Origin: Malacoraja senta
Lineage: Eukaryota
DNA: 64,000 nt
Direction: 5' to 3'
Assembly (NCBI GenBank): GCA_038087875.1
Contig: JAXLNO010004592.1
Coordinates: 186,001 to 250,000 of the forward strand
Part shown: positions 11,110 through 25,490 of the stretch, piece by piece
Layout: the number at the start of each line of letters is the position of its first letter
How positions within the stretch are numbered: the stretch's first letter is position 1
Translations under genes and position numbers: made by a program
Notes under the pieces: generated by a model
What the model saw: only the letters and a program-made list of their open reading frames with translations
Databases searched by the model: none
Told to the model about the DNA's origin: nothing

Positions 11110-14100
11110 GTAAGCTAGACAGCATTAAAACTACTAAAATAGAAGGGAATATAGATACGGTATGGAAAGATGGTGAACATAAGTAGTGAGAGGTGCCATG
11201 AAACCAAAAGGAAAGAATAAAAGTAAATAGTACAATAGACTCAGATCTGTGAGAAATTTCAAACTTGACAGAAGATAAAAAGGATAACAGGTTCATTACA
11301 CACAGATGGATGGGAAATTACAAAGAAAATAGAGCAGCAGCAGAACATGACAGTAGAAAATGACAGTAAATTTGGCATCCCAGGAAACTAATAAAACAAA
11401 ATCAAAGACTGGAATCAACTAAGTTCAAGTGAGATAGCAGATGGTACAGGAAAAATAATGGCACTTAATGACTTACAAATCCACAGTTCTTGGGGGGAAA
11501 AAAGCTGTAGTATTCCATATTGTCTTGGTTCAGGAATTAGCTCTTATGATTGGAAAACAACAAACATTTACTTAAAGAAAAATCTGATTGTTTTAACATA
11601 ATGGATTGTGCAGGATCTGTTAAAATATGTAATAATGCATAACATTGAGGGATCTGGTTCAGGGTAGGTCCAGCTGGACTGATTGGATTTTCTTTTGGGA
11701 AGGGGGGAATTAATGTAGAAGATTGTATTGTTTATGGATACAGTTTATACACTTGAAGGCTTTCAATAAGGTTCAATATGATAAACTTTGGAATAATAAA
11801 AACCCACAGACTGAGGTGAAGCTATTGACCTCAGTGGAAATTTAGTTAGAAAGTAAAAGGCAGAAATTATTAATAATTGATATGTACAAGTATTTTGAAA
11901 AAACCTTTGGTGTCCCTTAAGTTTCTGTGCTGGTGAAATAAATGTGTATCAATGAATTAGATTATGCAACAGAGACCATGTAGGGACAATCTTTTGTATT
12001 GCTGCACAATGTTTAATGATGTTCCTTTGAACAATTTGAAATGTTTTAATGCATTACGATATAATACAAATACAAGTTGCTGCTGTTATGAATATTTCTT
12101 GTAAATCTGTCCTGCACAATTTCCCAGGATATTGCCACTGCTCCAAGTTATATTATAAAGTCAAATTATATAAACTAGCCTTGTATTTCCTGTACAGTCA
12201 AAGATTAATGGGTGATTTGAACCAGATTTGAAGGATTTGGAAAGGAATTGTTAAGGAGGACAAAGCAAATCCTTTTCTGCTAGTCGGGAGTTCAAGGATG
12301 AAGGAATATTAGTTTTAACTAGAAGGCAGGCCGCTTGGGAAGTAGTTCTTCATATTGCAAGTAATAGAAGGGTGGAGTATTTGCCCACAAAACATTATCT
12401 CTATTAATAATTTTAAATCTGAGGTTTCTAATTCCAGCTCAGGATATTGACTGATATAAAATCAAGACAAGTAGATGGAGTTAGGGCACCGATCCTACAT
12501 AATCTCATAAAACGTTGCAGAATGTCTTATCCCATTTTTAAAAATATATATATTTAAATAGTCTATTCCACGTTTTTAGGAGGAAATTCCATCTCAGTGG
12601 GCTCCAGAAAAAAACATGCATTATCCATCTATAAAATTAAATTGTTTTCTTCCTGCTATTATATGTAAGACTGCACTATTGATTTAATTTCCATCTACTA
12701 CAGGTGGCAACCTGGCACCAGTTGTCTTAACCTGAAGAGAACTCTAAACTGGAAAATCACTGACCTCTAGAAAGCCAGAAGCACCTGAATGCCTTCAAGC
12801 TGTGGGAATTATTAGGTGCTCTTATTGTGTCTTCCAGATGTTGATAGAGACATGCAAACCCAACTTGTAAAAGCAGTTTGTTTTGTTGCTTTGTATTGGG
12901 CACAGGCCAAAGGGCGTACTACAACAGCTGGGAGCACATTGTGTGCTCAGTGTAAAGTTTTAGTCGCTGTCTCCGTTGGAGAGTCACCCACCCTAATTAA
13001 TAGCAACGCATGAAAAGGCAACATTTCAGCAAATAAACTGCTGCATCATTATTTATCTTCAAGCTATTTGCATGGGGTTAGTTAGTTAGTATACTGATTA
13101 GCAGGTTGCTTATGCAGCTGCCTATATGCAAAACAGCTGAAACGAAAATCGAAAACTAATATTCCAAATGTGATAACAAAACCCTTGATTATAACGCAGA
13201 GTACACCAACTTCCTGTTGCCTCTTCAACATGATTTCAAATTCCAGTGGAAACAAAAACAAGAATGAATATTAGTAGCAACATAAAATCGGCCTACATTG
13301 TACAAAGCAAGAGAGGTGTTTTTTAATTGAGGCAGGTGGTAGATATGTAGGAAGTGAATTTGAGCTAAGAACATTGAAGAATTATATAACATGGCAGGGT
13401 ATTGCATGGATGTTCCACTGGAGATCTTGACAGAAGAGATGGAAAGTAGACTTGCCATTATATCCTCAGGGAATTAAGGAGGTCCATGCTTGAAGTTCGT
13501 GTGCTCAAGAGTTTGTGTGTGGTGTTGGAAGAAGCTCCTTGGTTTCACGCCCTGTAAGTGCTCCTTCTGGTACATTTTCTTACCACGAGCACCATCTGCC
13601 TCAGATGCCACTCAGTGCATACGTCCGATCACTCAGCTCCCAACAACCTACATTAATCAGGACTTGAATGTTGGATTGCATCTTCATGCTTAGAGGATAG
13701 CAGAAAAATAAAAATGACATATGATGGGACATTAAGCAACCATCGCTTAAGTCAGGCCAAGAGGAAAGAGAAAAACTTAAGGGAGAGGTTCAACACCGTT
13801 CTGTTGCAAAGAGCAACAGGTTCTGTTGCAAAGAGCTCATCTGAAGCAATCTAAGGAAGATGCACAATGAATGCATAGTTAGCAAGCATGCTCGAGATCT
13901 CCAAAATGGAGTGTACAACTAGCTATATTGCAGAGTCTAACCTCTGTTGATTTAGACTTTATTGCAACACAGATAGCAGCCATAAAGGAATAAAGAATAG
14001 CACCAATAGGAATAACAAAGTCATACAGAAGGGAGGCCATATCATTCCTCCAAGCCTGTCCAGCATTCACTTAGATCAAGTATTAGTTGCACAAACCAAC

Positions 14101-16979
14101 TTTTGCCACCTCAGCCTTTAGGCCCTCATATCTTAAAATATAGGCCTGTGCATTCTAATTCTAAAGCTGTAAAGACAAACCCACTAATTGATATTTCTTT
14201 CCTGTCCGTGTTATTTTTATGATCTAATAAAATGAGATCACTATAGTTCTCATAGTTCTTTCACCATAGTTCTTTAGATATGTAAGACGCCACTAGAACA
14301 CTTTCCTCCTGAGGATAGTGGATTGGCCCTTATCCTATTTGTGTTCTTGATACTTACTAACTTTTCACCATTTTTGAGGTACTCTATTCTACTTAGGTAC
14401 AAAAACATGCGCCTTGTCAAGATTGCAATCCATTTGTTGCCATTTTTCTCGTTTCCTTAATCTATTAATATCAATTTAATTCATTGCTTCTACCTAAACC
14501 GCCCTTAATGGCGTGTATTGTGGTGGCGTAGGTATTTTCCGATGCAACATACATTTTGTGACATCTGAAAATTTATGGAGATGTGGCTTTCCACTCCTTC
14601 ATCCATGTATCAACAGATTTTGGGAGTAGTTGTGGTTCCAACGTAGATCCCTGTTGGATCTACTTACATTCTGCCATTTGGATCCCATGTCCTGATGACA
14701 GTATGCCATCCTCGTTGTAATAAATGTTGATGTAACATTTTCATGATTTTTTTTTAATTTTTTATATGTTTTCAAGGAATCCTGCTTTGCTTCTGACTTT
14801 TCCTAATGTTATAAAAAATATTGATGTTCTTCTTTTTTCAAGCTTTTACTGTTCCGTGGCCATTTATTGTTCTTGCAATCTATCCTAGTTGACAGGTTCT
14901 GGGTGTTGGTTCTTGTATTGAAAGATACATTTTCTTTTAATGTCATGTTTAGCTCTTAGTCATAGACTACAAATTAGTTGCCAACTGAAACTCTTTCCTC
15001 CTGAGGAAACTACACTGGCACTTATCCCATTAAATTCCTTTATGAATACTTCATACTGGTCTTTGTCTTTTTTTCCCATTACAACTTATTGCAAACCGTC
15101 AATGTGTCAGTATTGAAGTGGGCTTGTCTAAGTCTAGAATACTTCATGGCTGTTTTTTCCATTTTTATTTTAATTACTATATTGATCTTGAATATACAAC
15201 TACTTTTAAATAAATATCCATGCACTTTCAGGCTGTTAATGAAATCTGATATATAGCTCATTACTAATATATCCAGCTATGTTGTCAGCTGTAGGAATGT
15301 TTTTGTTGCTGACCACTATCATGATAATTCTTGAGAAATTTACTTCCTTCCTGATAGGGTTTAACTGCATCTGTATGGAAGTTGAAATCCTACTGCTAAT
15401 GAATTACTCCACCCTTGTTACACATTTATCTAATCTTAGAATTTGAGTTTTACGTCTTCAAATGCTACCAAAACAATACACAGTTCCCATCAGCATTTAA
15501 AATTATTTTCTATTTCATAATTCTACTTGTAAGGCTTCCAACTTACCACGGTAACTAGCTTTCCAATTAATTAGTAATTTTATCATTGACCTCACAATCT
15601 CCTCTTCTGGGAATTAGATTTTATTTTGTGCGTCCACCTCTCAAAATCCTGCACCATTTTTCTTTCAGGCATTCTAAAAAGGAAACCCGCAAATACTTGC
15701 ATGTTCTCAATGTCTCAACTCACACTGAACTGCACATAGGACTGTCATTGCCAAATGACTCAAAATGAGCCTCATCTCCATTGACAAGCATGCATGCATA
15801 ATTGTCGGTACATTTTTGTGTAATGCTCAGAAAACACTCATTCAAGGCCAATTGAAGTTCTTGTATTCAAATCTCATTTAAATATATGTTAATAAATAAT
15901 TTATGTTTAATGGTTATTAATTTTCACTTCACAGTTGCAGCCTCACAGTCCATTTCTCAAACTTGCTCTGCAAGTTAGATCTTTACCCTTGCTCCAAATC
16001 ATAGACTATGTATATTGACAAGTACACTTTGTGAAACATTTTCTCAATGCACTGACCTGCCTCTCTCTCCAAGTCTACCACCATCAACATCCTAGGGGGT
16101 CACCATTGATTAGAAAATCTGCTGGGCCAGGCACCCAAGTACTGTGGCTACAAGAAAAGGCCAAATGCTGGGTTGATTTTGGCACCCTAATGCTTTCCAC
16201 CATCTTATTCTTTCCACCATAAACAAAGCGCGTCTGAAGCATAATAAAATGCTCTCCAATTGCCCGGATGAGTGATGTTCTAGCGATACTTGAGATGCTG
16301 TCCAGGACAAAGCAGGTCACTTGACTGGTGCTTATCAACCAACCTAACTATTTATTCTCTCCACCACTTCCAAACATTTTTGTAGTGTTGTGGCCCTCGA
16401 ATGCATTGCAGGTGCGTGCCTGGATTATTTCAACAGAGCCTTCCAAACCTATGAACTCTACCATCAAGAAGGACAAAGCCAATAGCCATGTCACACACAA
16501 TTCACTCAGTATTACTCTTGCCTGTCTCGTGCTGCTGTAAGAATGAAAAGTAGTGCAGCTTCAAATTTCTACAAATGCTTTGTAACATTGTCTACCTAAG
16601 ATAATCCTAATAATTAAGATGAATTCTGGGGCGACTGCCTCTTGGTGTTTAAACACAAACTACATCTTAACTTGTTCCTGTATCCAATGATTTCCTCAAT
16701 GTAATTTTTTTAAATTCTGATTTTGGGGACTGGGCACTGTTGGCAAAGCCATCATTTATTGTCCTTCCTTGATTGCTCATTGAGGTGGTGATGAACCACC
16801 ATCAACTTAGTGGTTTGCTGGGCTGTTTCAAGTGGCATTTAAGAGTCAACCACAAGCAGTGATTGAAGTCATATATTGCCCAGATCAGCTAATCCTGGCA
16901 CATTTCATCTCCTGAAGGACGTTTATGAAACTATAGGTTGTTATGACGTCAATAATTCTTATCAATGTTGAGGGGGGTT

Positions 16980-17680
16980 ATTGGAGGGGATTTGGAGAGA
17001 CAGGATCTATCTGCATTTGGAAAAGCAAGGACAAATTAGGGATAGTCAACATGGCTTTGCACATGGGAACTTGTGTCTCATGAATTTGATTGAGGTTTTG
17101 AGGGAGGTTACCAAGAAAATTGACAAGGGTGGAGCTGTAGACGTTGACTACATGGACATTAGCAGGGTTTTTTACAATGCCCTGTATGGTAGGCCAGACT
17201 GGAAGGTGAGAACTCATGGGATCCAGGAATGAGTCGGTACATTGCATACAAAATTAGCTTGGGGGAAGGAGTCGGATGGTGACAGTGGTGGATTGTTTTT
17301 CAGATTGAAAAGGCTTGTGACCAATGGTGTGCCACAGGAACGGTGCTGCATCCCCTGTTTTGTCATATACATTAACAATATAAATGCCTTGATGGTAACT
17401 TTGCGAATGGCACCAAGATTGGTGGTGCGATGGACACTGAGAAAATTGTCTAAGATTATAACGGATCTAGATCAACTGGGAAAGTGTGTAAAGGAATGGC
17501 AGATGGAAATTAACTCAAATTAGTGTGAATTAATGCATTTTGGTAAGTAAAGCAAAACGGGAGTAAAAAACAGGGCCTTGGGGAGAGTCGTAAAACAGAG
17601 AGACCTAGATGCACAGATACATAGTTGCCTGAAAGTGAGAACAAGATAGATAAGGTGGTGAAAAGGGCAATAATGCCTTT
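16980..17680 (+). mobile_element. CR1 LINE reverse transcriptase remnant
   Basis: SQHGF..G..CL.NLIE, VDV.YMD and GVPQ motifs, with frameshifts. Confidence 0.85.
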
Positions 17681-18774
17681 ATCTGTTTAATGGTTTACAT
17701 GGAAGCAAAATTCTTAAATTCTCATATTTCTTTGTTACAAAAAAGGGGAAAATGTGATTCAAAAGTGAAACAAAAGGCTTCCATTTTATAGCATCTTCAC
17801 CACCTGGGATGTCCTAAATGACGTATCTAACAAGATACTTTTTGAAGGTCTGTCATAATCTTGATGAAGGAACGCAATGGCCTCTGTAACTCTACACCAG
17901 CACGATGGACACCTGATCTCCTTAAGGCAACCAAGGATGGTCAAATATATTATCTTGTCAAAAATGTAAAATGCTAATAACAAATTAAGTTCTCTTGTCT
18001 GAACACTTCATAATGGGCAAAAGCAGTGGTGAGGGTGGGTGTACCCAATCCCACTCCTTCAGGGACTGGCTTGTGGTGGATAACAAATCTTCCTTAAATC
18101 TCTCTAAAGTTCCCAACTTTTACTTCAGGTAATGTATAAGTCTGCCAAGGGTAAACGTTTCTTACTAATCTAATCTATGCTCCTCAGCTTTGTTTCTCAA
18201 TCAGATCTCTTCTCAGTCTTCTTCATACTGAGGCAAACATTCCCAGCCTTTCCAGTCTCTCCTGTTAGCTGAAACACTCCACCTCAGCCACATACTGGCA
18301 AAAATCCTTTTTCACCCTCGCTAGTGTAATCGCAACCTTTCCATAGTTGTGCCAGCCAAAACTGCATAAAGTATTCCAGCTGGGGTCCAACTAATGTACT
18401 GTCAATCTGATAAAATTATTAATCCAGGACCCCAACTACTTTCTCGAGTGAACATGAAATGTTCTATAGTATCATTTTGAAAGTGAAATAAAAAAATTCC
18501 TCAGTGTCCATGTCAATATTCATGTCTCGGTAAATTCGTAAATCAGATTATGTGCAAATTATGGTGGTGCTTATATACATCAAAACAAAATACTGAGCTG
18601 TGACTTTGTGTTTTGGGACATCTTGATACTGACAAAGGTGTGATCATAAATTCTGTCTTCATTGCATTTTAGAATATATAATAATAATAAACAGACGAGT
18701 ATAAGTATTCATTAAGAGTTACAACCCATGTAATTTTTTTTTTTTAATCTGAATATTTAATTTCTGTTCTTCAG

Positions 18775-19260
18775 ATGGTGATCAACAAATTCAAAGCACT
18801 CATTGGAAGTTGTCATACTTCACAACCAACTCATCTGACATATACCCACTGCACAAACGATTTGTACGGAGCACAATACCAAAGAAAGACAAACAGGAGA
18901 AAAGTTTGCTGACTATCTACCAGAGAATGACAGAAGTAAAAGAAATACTACTGCAATGCGAATCTCTTGTTAAAGTGACCAATTATGTTCTGAGAGAAGC
19001 TTTGGGGAAAACTTTGGAGTTCTACCCACTTCCAACCTGTGATCAGAGGCTGAATAATCAGATTACCAAAGTTGATCCACTCATTCTTGTTAGGGTTAAG
19101 ATAAAACCACAGTTACTTTACCAAGTCTTACACTTCCTGAAAGAGCTAGACTGGCTGGTGGATGCTCATCTAGCAAAAGCGTTCTACACTGTGAAAAAGC
19201 TAATGGTTTTTAAGCAAGAAATGATATTGGGAAAGACAAGTAAAACCAATAATGAACATG
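18775..19260 (+). CDS. 486-nt symmetric (phase 1-1) exon: luminal stalk with NSS sequon, furin-type KRFVR/S site and predicted helical domain
   Basis: Strong acceptor tttctgttcttcag|, donor ATG|GTATGT, 162 codons with no stop, phase matches exon 10757-11109. Confidence 0.72.
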
Positions 19261-20337
19261 GTATGTATTTGTTTATATCTTCTCCTTCCATTTAGATTTG
19301 TTGAGATTCTAAATTTAAAAAACATATGTGGAATTTTTGGATAAATATGAATCCAAGGAGGAACATTACATATTTATTGTGTGGAAAACTTCCGATATGT
19401 AGGAAGCCATCTGTCAATGATGGTAGACCCTAATTATGAAATTCACCATTGCCATCACCACACACGTGCAACCTTTGGTTATCTGAGGGAAAGGATGTTT
19501 GAAGATCAGACCCTTTTACAAAACTCATAGTTTCCCAGGCATTTACCAGCATTAATCCTGCTCTTCCTTATGTTTCTGAGTCTTTGATTACCTACAACAG
19601 TCACATAAAAACACTAAAAGGACACCATCAACACTGTCTCTGCAAACTCCTCCAGATTCACCAGAAAGGTAAGTGAGTCAATGTTAGCACCCTCTCCCAT
19701 GTCAACATTCCCAGTGTTGATGCCCTTGTTACTCAGTTTGCTCCAATTGAGCAGATCCTGTCATTTGCACGCCCAGCATCAGCCTTTTGCAATGGACACC
19801 CTTTTCCGAGTACTGTCACAGAGAGAGATTACCATCTTGATTGGGGAGAAAGATTCCACGATGTTCTCAAAACCTGGAAAAGATAAAATTATCGCATTGA
19901 CTTCAGGGAATCACTGGCCCATGCTCTTCTCCAAGTAGAGTAAATGCTTTCATTTGGAACTGAGAATCTAGAGTCAATTGTTCAGAACCACATAGAGCCC
20001 AATGTCAAAACCAGAAGAAATACATTACTTCAGAAATTCTCCTCCTGCCCAATCCAAAGACACCAAGTATTGCACCATATCTGTTTGAGTATGTTTCATA
20101 CTGTCCTCAGCAATTTGACCTTCAGAACCTGCAGAATTGGAGTAGCAACAAGTCATCCTTGCCATGAGAGATAAGGGATATATCATTATAAGGCTGATCC
20201 CAAAGAGAAACAAATATGAAGCAAAATACTATAATGACAGCTACACAATGTAATTCGATAAATTAATCATTAAGAACGCAGAAATATAATGAACTATCCT
20301 CTCTAGTTTTGTGGACACTTAACCACCTGTAGATTGT

Positions 20338-21733
20338 GTAGGAAAGAACTGCAGATGCTGGTTTAAATCGAAGGTAGACACAGAATGCTAGAGTAACTCA
20401 GCGGGTCAGGCAGCATCTCTGGAGAGAAGGAATGGGTGATGTTTTGGGTCGAGACCCTTCTTCAGACTGATGTCAGGGGAGTGGGCGGGACAGAGATAGA
20501 ATGTAGTCGGAGACAGGACTGGTGGGAGAACTAGGAAGGGGGAGGGGATGGAGACAGATGGAACGCAAGGGCATTTGAAGTTAAATAAGTCAATGTTCAT
20601 ACCGCTGGGGTGTAAGCTACCCAAGCAAAATATGAGGTGCTGTTCCTCCAATTTGTGCTGGGCCTCACTCTGACAATGGAGGAGACCCAGAGCAGAAAGG
20701 TCAGATTGGGAATGGGAGGGGGAGTTAAAGTACTGAGCAACAGGGAGATCAGGTAGGTTGAGGCGGACCGAGCGGCGGTGTTCAGCGAAACGATCGCCGA
20801 GCCTGCGCTTGGTCTCACCAATATACTGATGTTGATACCTGGAACAGCGGATGCAGTAGATGAGGTTGGAAGAGGTGCAGATGAACCTCTGCCTCACCTG
20901 AGCAGACTGTCGGCGCCCTTGGATGGAGTCGAGGGTGGAGGCAAAGGGACAGGTGTTGCATCTCCTGCAGTTGCAGGGGAAAGTACCTGGGGAGGGGGTG
21001 GGAAGGGACGAGTTGACCAGGGAGTTGCGGAGGGAACGGTCTCTGCGGAAAGCGGAAAGGGGTGGAGATGGGAAGATGTGGCCAGTAGTGGGACCATGTT
21101 GGAGGTGGCGAAAGTGTTGGAGGACATCTCCAATGATCTAGTATGGAAAACCCTAAAGAATGAGGAAATCTCTGATGATCTAGTATGGGAAACATCGGAG
21201 ATGTCCTAATTCTTTAGGAAACGCAGGTTCCCCACCCATTATAGATGAGGCTCTCACTAGGGCCTCCTCGATATCCCACAGCTCCGCTCTTGCTCCCCCC
21301 GCCCACATTCGCAACAAGGACAGAGCGCCCCTTGTCCTCACCTTCCACCCCATCAGCCGTCGCATACAGCACATAATCCTCCAACACTTTCACCATCTCC
21401 AACGGGATCCCACTATTGGCCACATCTTCCCATCTCCATTGTCAGAGGTCCAGTGCATATTGGAGGAACATCACCTCATATTTCGCTTGGGTCGCTTACA
21501 CCCCAGCGGTATGAACATTGACTTCTAACTTCAAATATCCCTTGCTTTGCCTCCCTCTCCATCCTCTCCCCATCCCATTTCTCCCACCAGTCTTACTGTC
21601 TCCGACTACATTCTATCTCTGTCCAGCCCACTGACCTGACAGTCTGAAGAAGGGTCTCAACCCGAAACATCACCCATTCCTTCTCTCCAGAGATGCTGCC
21701 TGACCCGCTGAGTAACTCCAGCATTTTGTGTCT
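20338..21733. mobile_element. Penelope-like retroelement insertion with inverted arms (GIY-YIG endonuclease remnant on - strand, 20406-20897)
   Basis: FICTSSNLIYCIRC...YIGETKRRLGDRFAEH is the GIY-YIG motif of Penelope-like elements. The right arm (about 21200-21733) is the same family on +. Flanked by the 16-bp direct repeat accacctgtagattgt (20322-20337, 21734-21749). Confidence 0.85.
21644..21671 (+). ncRNA. Minimal hammerhead-ribozyme-like core in Penelope arm
   Basis: CTGAAGA-A-GGGTctcaACCC-GAAA-CATC, on the same strand as the element ORF. Confidence 0.5.
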
Positions 21734-23656
21734 ACCACCTGTAGATTGTCAGGTTTGTGAGGATAGTTCATTACATTTCCACGCTCTAAAGGATTAATTT
21801 ATCAAATTACATTGCATTTATGGTTTGTACAAAAACTGAAGTCTCAGACATACTGACAGATATTTGCTGACATTTTGTCCACTGGATACTTCAGTGCGAA
21901 GATGTCACTAGTCACAAGCATTTCAGTTCAGGAATATGCCTTAACAGCCTGTCTCAGAATGGACTGGCATGAAAACTATCTCCATTTATTTCAATGCAGT
22001 GGATCTGCTCCAAAATGTCACGGTAACTCTGAAGTTACTGTATAATTCTTTTGAATTCTTTGAATATATTTATAACATTGCATTTATTTTATTTTTAAGT
22101 AAAATATTTGTTTTATTTTTTAAACATACACAGCTGGGGATGGATAGCTTACCCAAAGGATATGTTTTTCCAGCAGTATGTAGCTGGGACCTATTCTGGC
22201 CCCACCACATAACAAGATATATATTGAAGAATTCCCATGTAGCAGAAGGCCTCATCCATTACTTGAAAGATTTTGTGCCACAATTCCTACTTTTGTAAAC
22301 CATGCAAAGATAATGTGGTTTGCTGCAGATGACAAATTTGTTGCTTTTGAGTACTTTTAATTATGAAATAGGAATATGATCCCAGAGGTGGCTTTTCCAA
22401 TTATCCAATACTTTGAATTCCGCTGAGGATTGAGAATGACTTGCTTCCACTCTTCTGTGTGTTCTGAGATGATGATGAGACTAATGATGAGAATCACAGA
22501 CTCCAATACAGGAGGGCGGTGGTGCTTGATGCGAATGTAAGTAGTTTGGGATGTGGTTCACTGCTTATGCCATTTACACTGGGCTTCTGTGCACTTCCAA
22601 AGGAACATGAATATCTCAAGGCCTCCCTGATTCCCAGGAGCCAGTGGTGATGTTACAGTTTTCAAAGAGGCTTTGAGAACTCCCTAATGTTTTCCTCTGT
22701 CCACTTGATTATATTTTGCTGTGACAATACTCAGAATAGACTGTCAGGCACGTGAGTGATGTGCTCATTGGAGCCAAGCTAGTGTAATTAGAAATAAAAA
22801 CAAGATGTTGAAGATGCTCAGCGGGCCAGGCAGCATATGTGGAGAGAAGAAGAGTTAATGTTTCAGGTGAATCACTTTCCTTCAGAACTGGAATATGTGT
22901 TTTAAATTGCAGAGAAGAGGAGGGCCAGAGAGAATAAAAGGAATGTTTGTGAACGACTGGAGACCAAGGTTGACCAACATCTGCAACATCAAAAAGAGGA
23001 TAGTACAGGCTTACAAATCATAGCTAATCTTTCTGTAAGAGATGTAAGTGGAAATAAATAATAAATGGGGACAGAGAAGAGAGGGACAAAACACTGCTGA
23101 AATTTTGAAATGTAGAACCTATCAGTTGCTGCAAAATCTTAAATAATAGAAATTCATGATTACTCAGAAGATCAGTTACCAACTACGGAGAGAAGAAAAC
23201 AAACTTAATGTTAACGCTTCAGGATCTTCTATCAGAACTGGCAGGTTCTAACGCATAGAAAAGTGGCTGGTTACATTAAGTTGCATTCAATATGGGGTCC
23301 CAATGTTTGCAACATGTTAGATGAAAGATAAGGTGCTATTCCTCAAGCTTGTAATGGGCTTTGTTGGAACAAAATAGGGAGGCAAAAACACATGGGTCAA
23401 AATGGAAGAGGGATGAAAAATTAATGTTACAGGCAACTGGAAGCACACAACACTCTTGCCGATGGAACAGAGGTGCTGTCATAACTGTATTTAGTTTCTC
23501 CGCATCATGAGGACAGGACTTAGTACACCAAATTGGCAGGAGAGCAAATAATACTTTACCTGGAAGGGGTCCCAGGATGATGGAATGGGAGGTGATGCAA
23601 GGAAAGGTGATGTATCTGTTACTGTCATGTGGAAATGGTTGGTTACAATAGAATCA

Positions 23657-24050
23657 CCACAGCACAGTGGTTGGCACTGTTGCCTCAGTTTGATCCTGAG
23701 CTCAGGTGATGTCTGTAGAGTTTTCACCTTCTTCCCATGACCATGCGATTTTATGCCAGGTTGTTGGGTGTTCCCCTACATCCCAAAGACATGCTGGTTG
23801 GTAAGCTGGAGATTTGTCTGTGTGGAGTTTGCACATTCTCCCTGTGACCACGTGGGTATCCTCCAGGTGCTTCGGTTTCCATCCACATCACAAAGGTAGA
23901 TTCATTGGCCACTGTAAATTTTGCTTAACGTGTCAGTGAATGTTAGAATCTGGAGGGGAGTTAATGTGAATATGAGGGAAATAAAGTGGGTGCTTGATGG
24001 TCAGTAAGGTCTCAATAGGCTGAACACCCATTTCCATGCTTTATATGTCC
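23657..24050 (+). mobile_element. Degenerate tRNA-derived SINE(s)
   Basis: Diverged head plus a duplicated tgtggagtttgcacattctccctgtgacc core. Confidence 0.6.
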
Positions 24051-25490
24051 TACTCATTACAATGTTTTGCACTCACTGCCCCAGTATTGTTTCTTTCTTT
24101 TTCTCTTTGTCTTCATTTATCGCCATCTATCTGTTGTGGACCTTTATTGTAGGATGCAGCTTGATAGAGGAGCTTTGTTCAAAATATGTTTGGTGTTAGG
24201 TCCATTCTCTCATATGTTTCAGTGAATAGGTCATCAACAACTTGGAGTGTGTCCTCAGAACATGCGCATACACTAGTGCTGACTGCACACAACAGCTCAA
24301 CAGCTCAAATAAATTCAAGGAAAACAAGTCAAGTTTGCACAACCAGTTTTCAATGCTGGTATCATTTTAGTGAATCTGCACTGTAAACTCTGCAAACCCA
24401 ATATATCTCACTAGCCAAGATCAAGTGCAGTATTCTACTATCAAAATGCTTAGGTTTTGTCACATTGTACCATTGTCTCATTGTCCCAGTCATGTCAAGG
24501 TGAATCCATCAAGGCAGTTCTACTGAGGCAATGTGTAATTCATGTATATCAGGAATCATATCAGTCTTAGGTGAGTCAAACACACAGAAAATGCCTCAGA
24601 GTAATTTAGTCAAAAAGATTTGGAAAAATCTTTTTGACCTCCGAAGGTAGTTTAATAAAACTCCATGAGGCATATGTATTGAATTTCAACATCTACAAAT
24701 CCACATACCTCTCAAACTGGAAATGTTCTTGATTCTTATGGGTTTACCTTTAAAGGGCTAAAGTGCCTGACATCTTAAGTGAAGGGCTTAACTTAAGGTC
24801 AGAGGAAAGGTCCAGAACTGAAAAGTCATCTATCTATTCCTACACGTGCTGCCTAACCCGCTGAGTCCTCCAGCATTTATTTTTTCCTTAAGTGAATCTT
24901 TGTTTAACATATATTTTAGTAGTGCATTCAAAGGATCAATATTAAAATCTAAATAAATCTTAACCTTTTTATTTCAAAGTTACCTCCTTACAATTAATAC
25001 CAAATGATCTTTCAGTCAGAAAAAAAATCGGTGCTCTTTATCATTTAAAAAATATCAAGTGGAACTCCTCATTCTACCCTTTTCCGTTGAAAAAAAATGA
25101 TTTCCGGAGTCTGATAGCTTAAGACTTTGATCATTTCTTGACCTTCTCCAAGGCCTCAATTTCTGTCGTCCATCAAAGTGAGTAAAATTGAGATACATTT
25201 CTAACATCTGCTGTGAGGATCTGAACAGCAAACTTCTGTCTTCAAGGTTTATTCCTCATATCATGGCTTACACACAGCGACATTCATTGCATGGTCATAG
25301 CACCTCTGGGTTCATCATTGGCTAATCATACTGTCTGATAGAATGTCACCTGAAATTCTTAAAGTTAAATGTTTTAATTGTACGCATCCCATTCACTAAA
25401 TCCATTTGTGTATGCTATTTTTCTAGATGATTTGTCAGAATGTCCCATGCTTTTCCATGTTATGTCTATCCATTTGCTTTGTTTTTATAG

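Noticed and set aside
12704-12815. Exon-like segment after ctactacag
   Set aside because: Stops in all three frames.
22134-22298. Exon-like segment after catacacag
   Set aside because: Entering in phase 1 gives an immediate stop (GCT GGG GAT GGA TAG), so it does not fit the upstream model.
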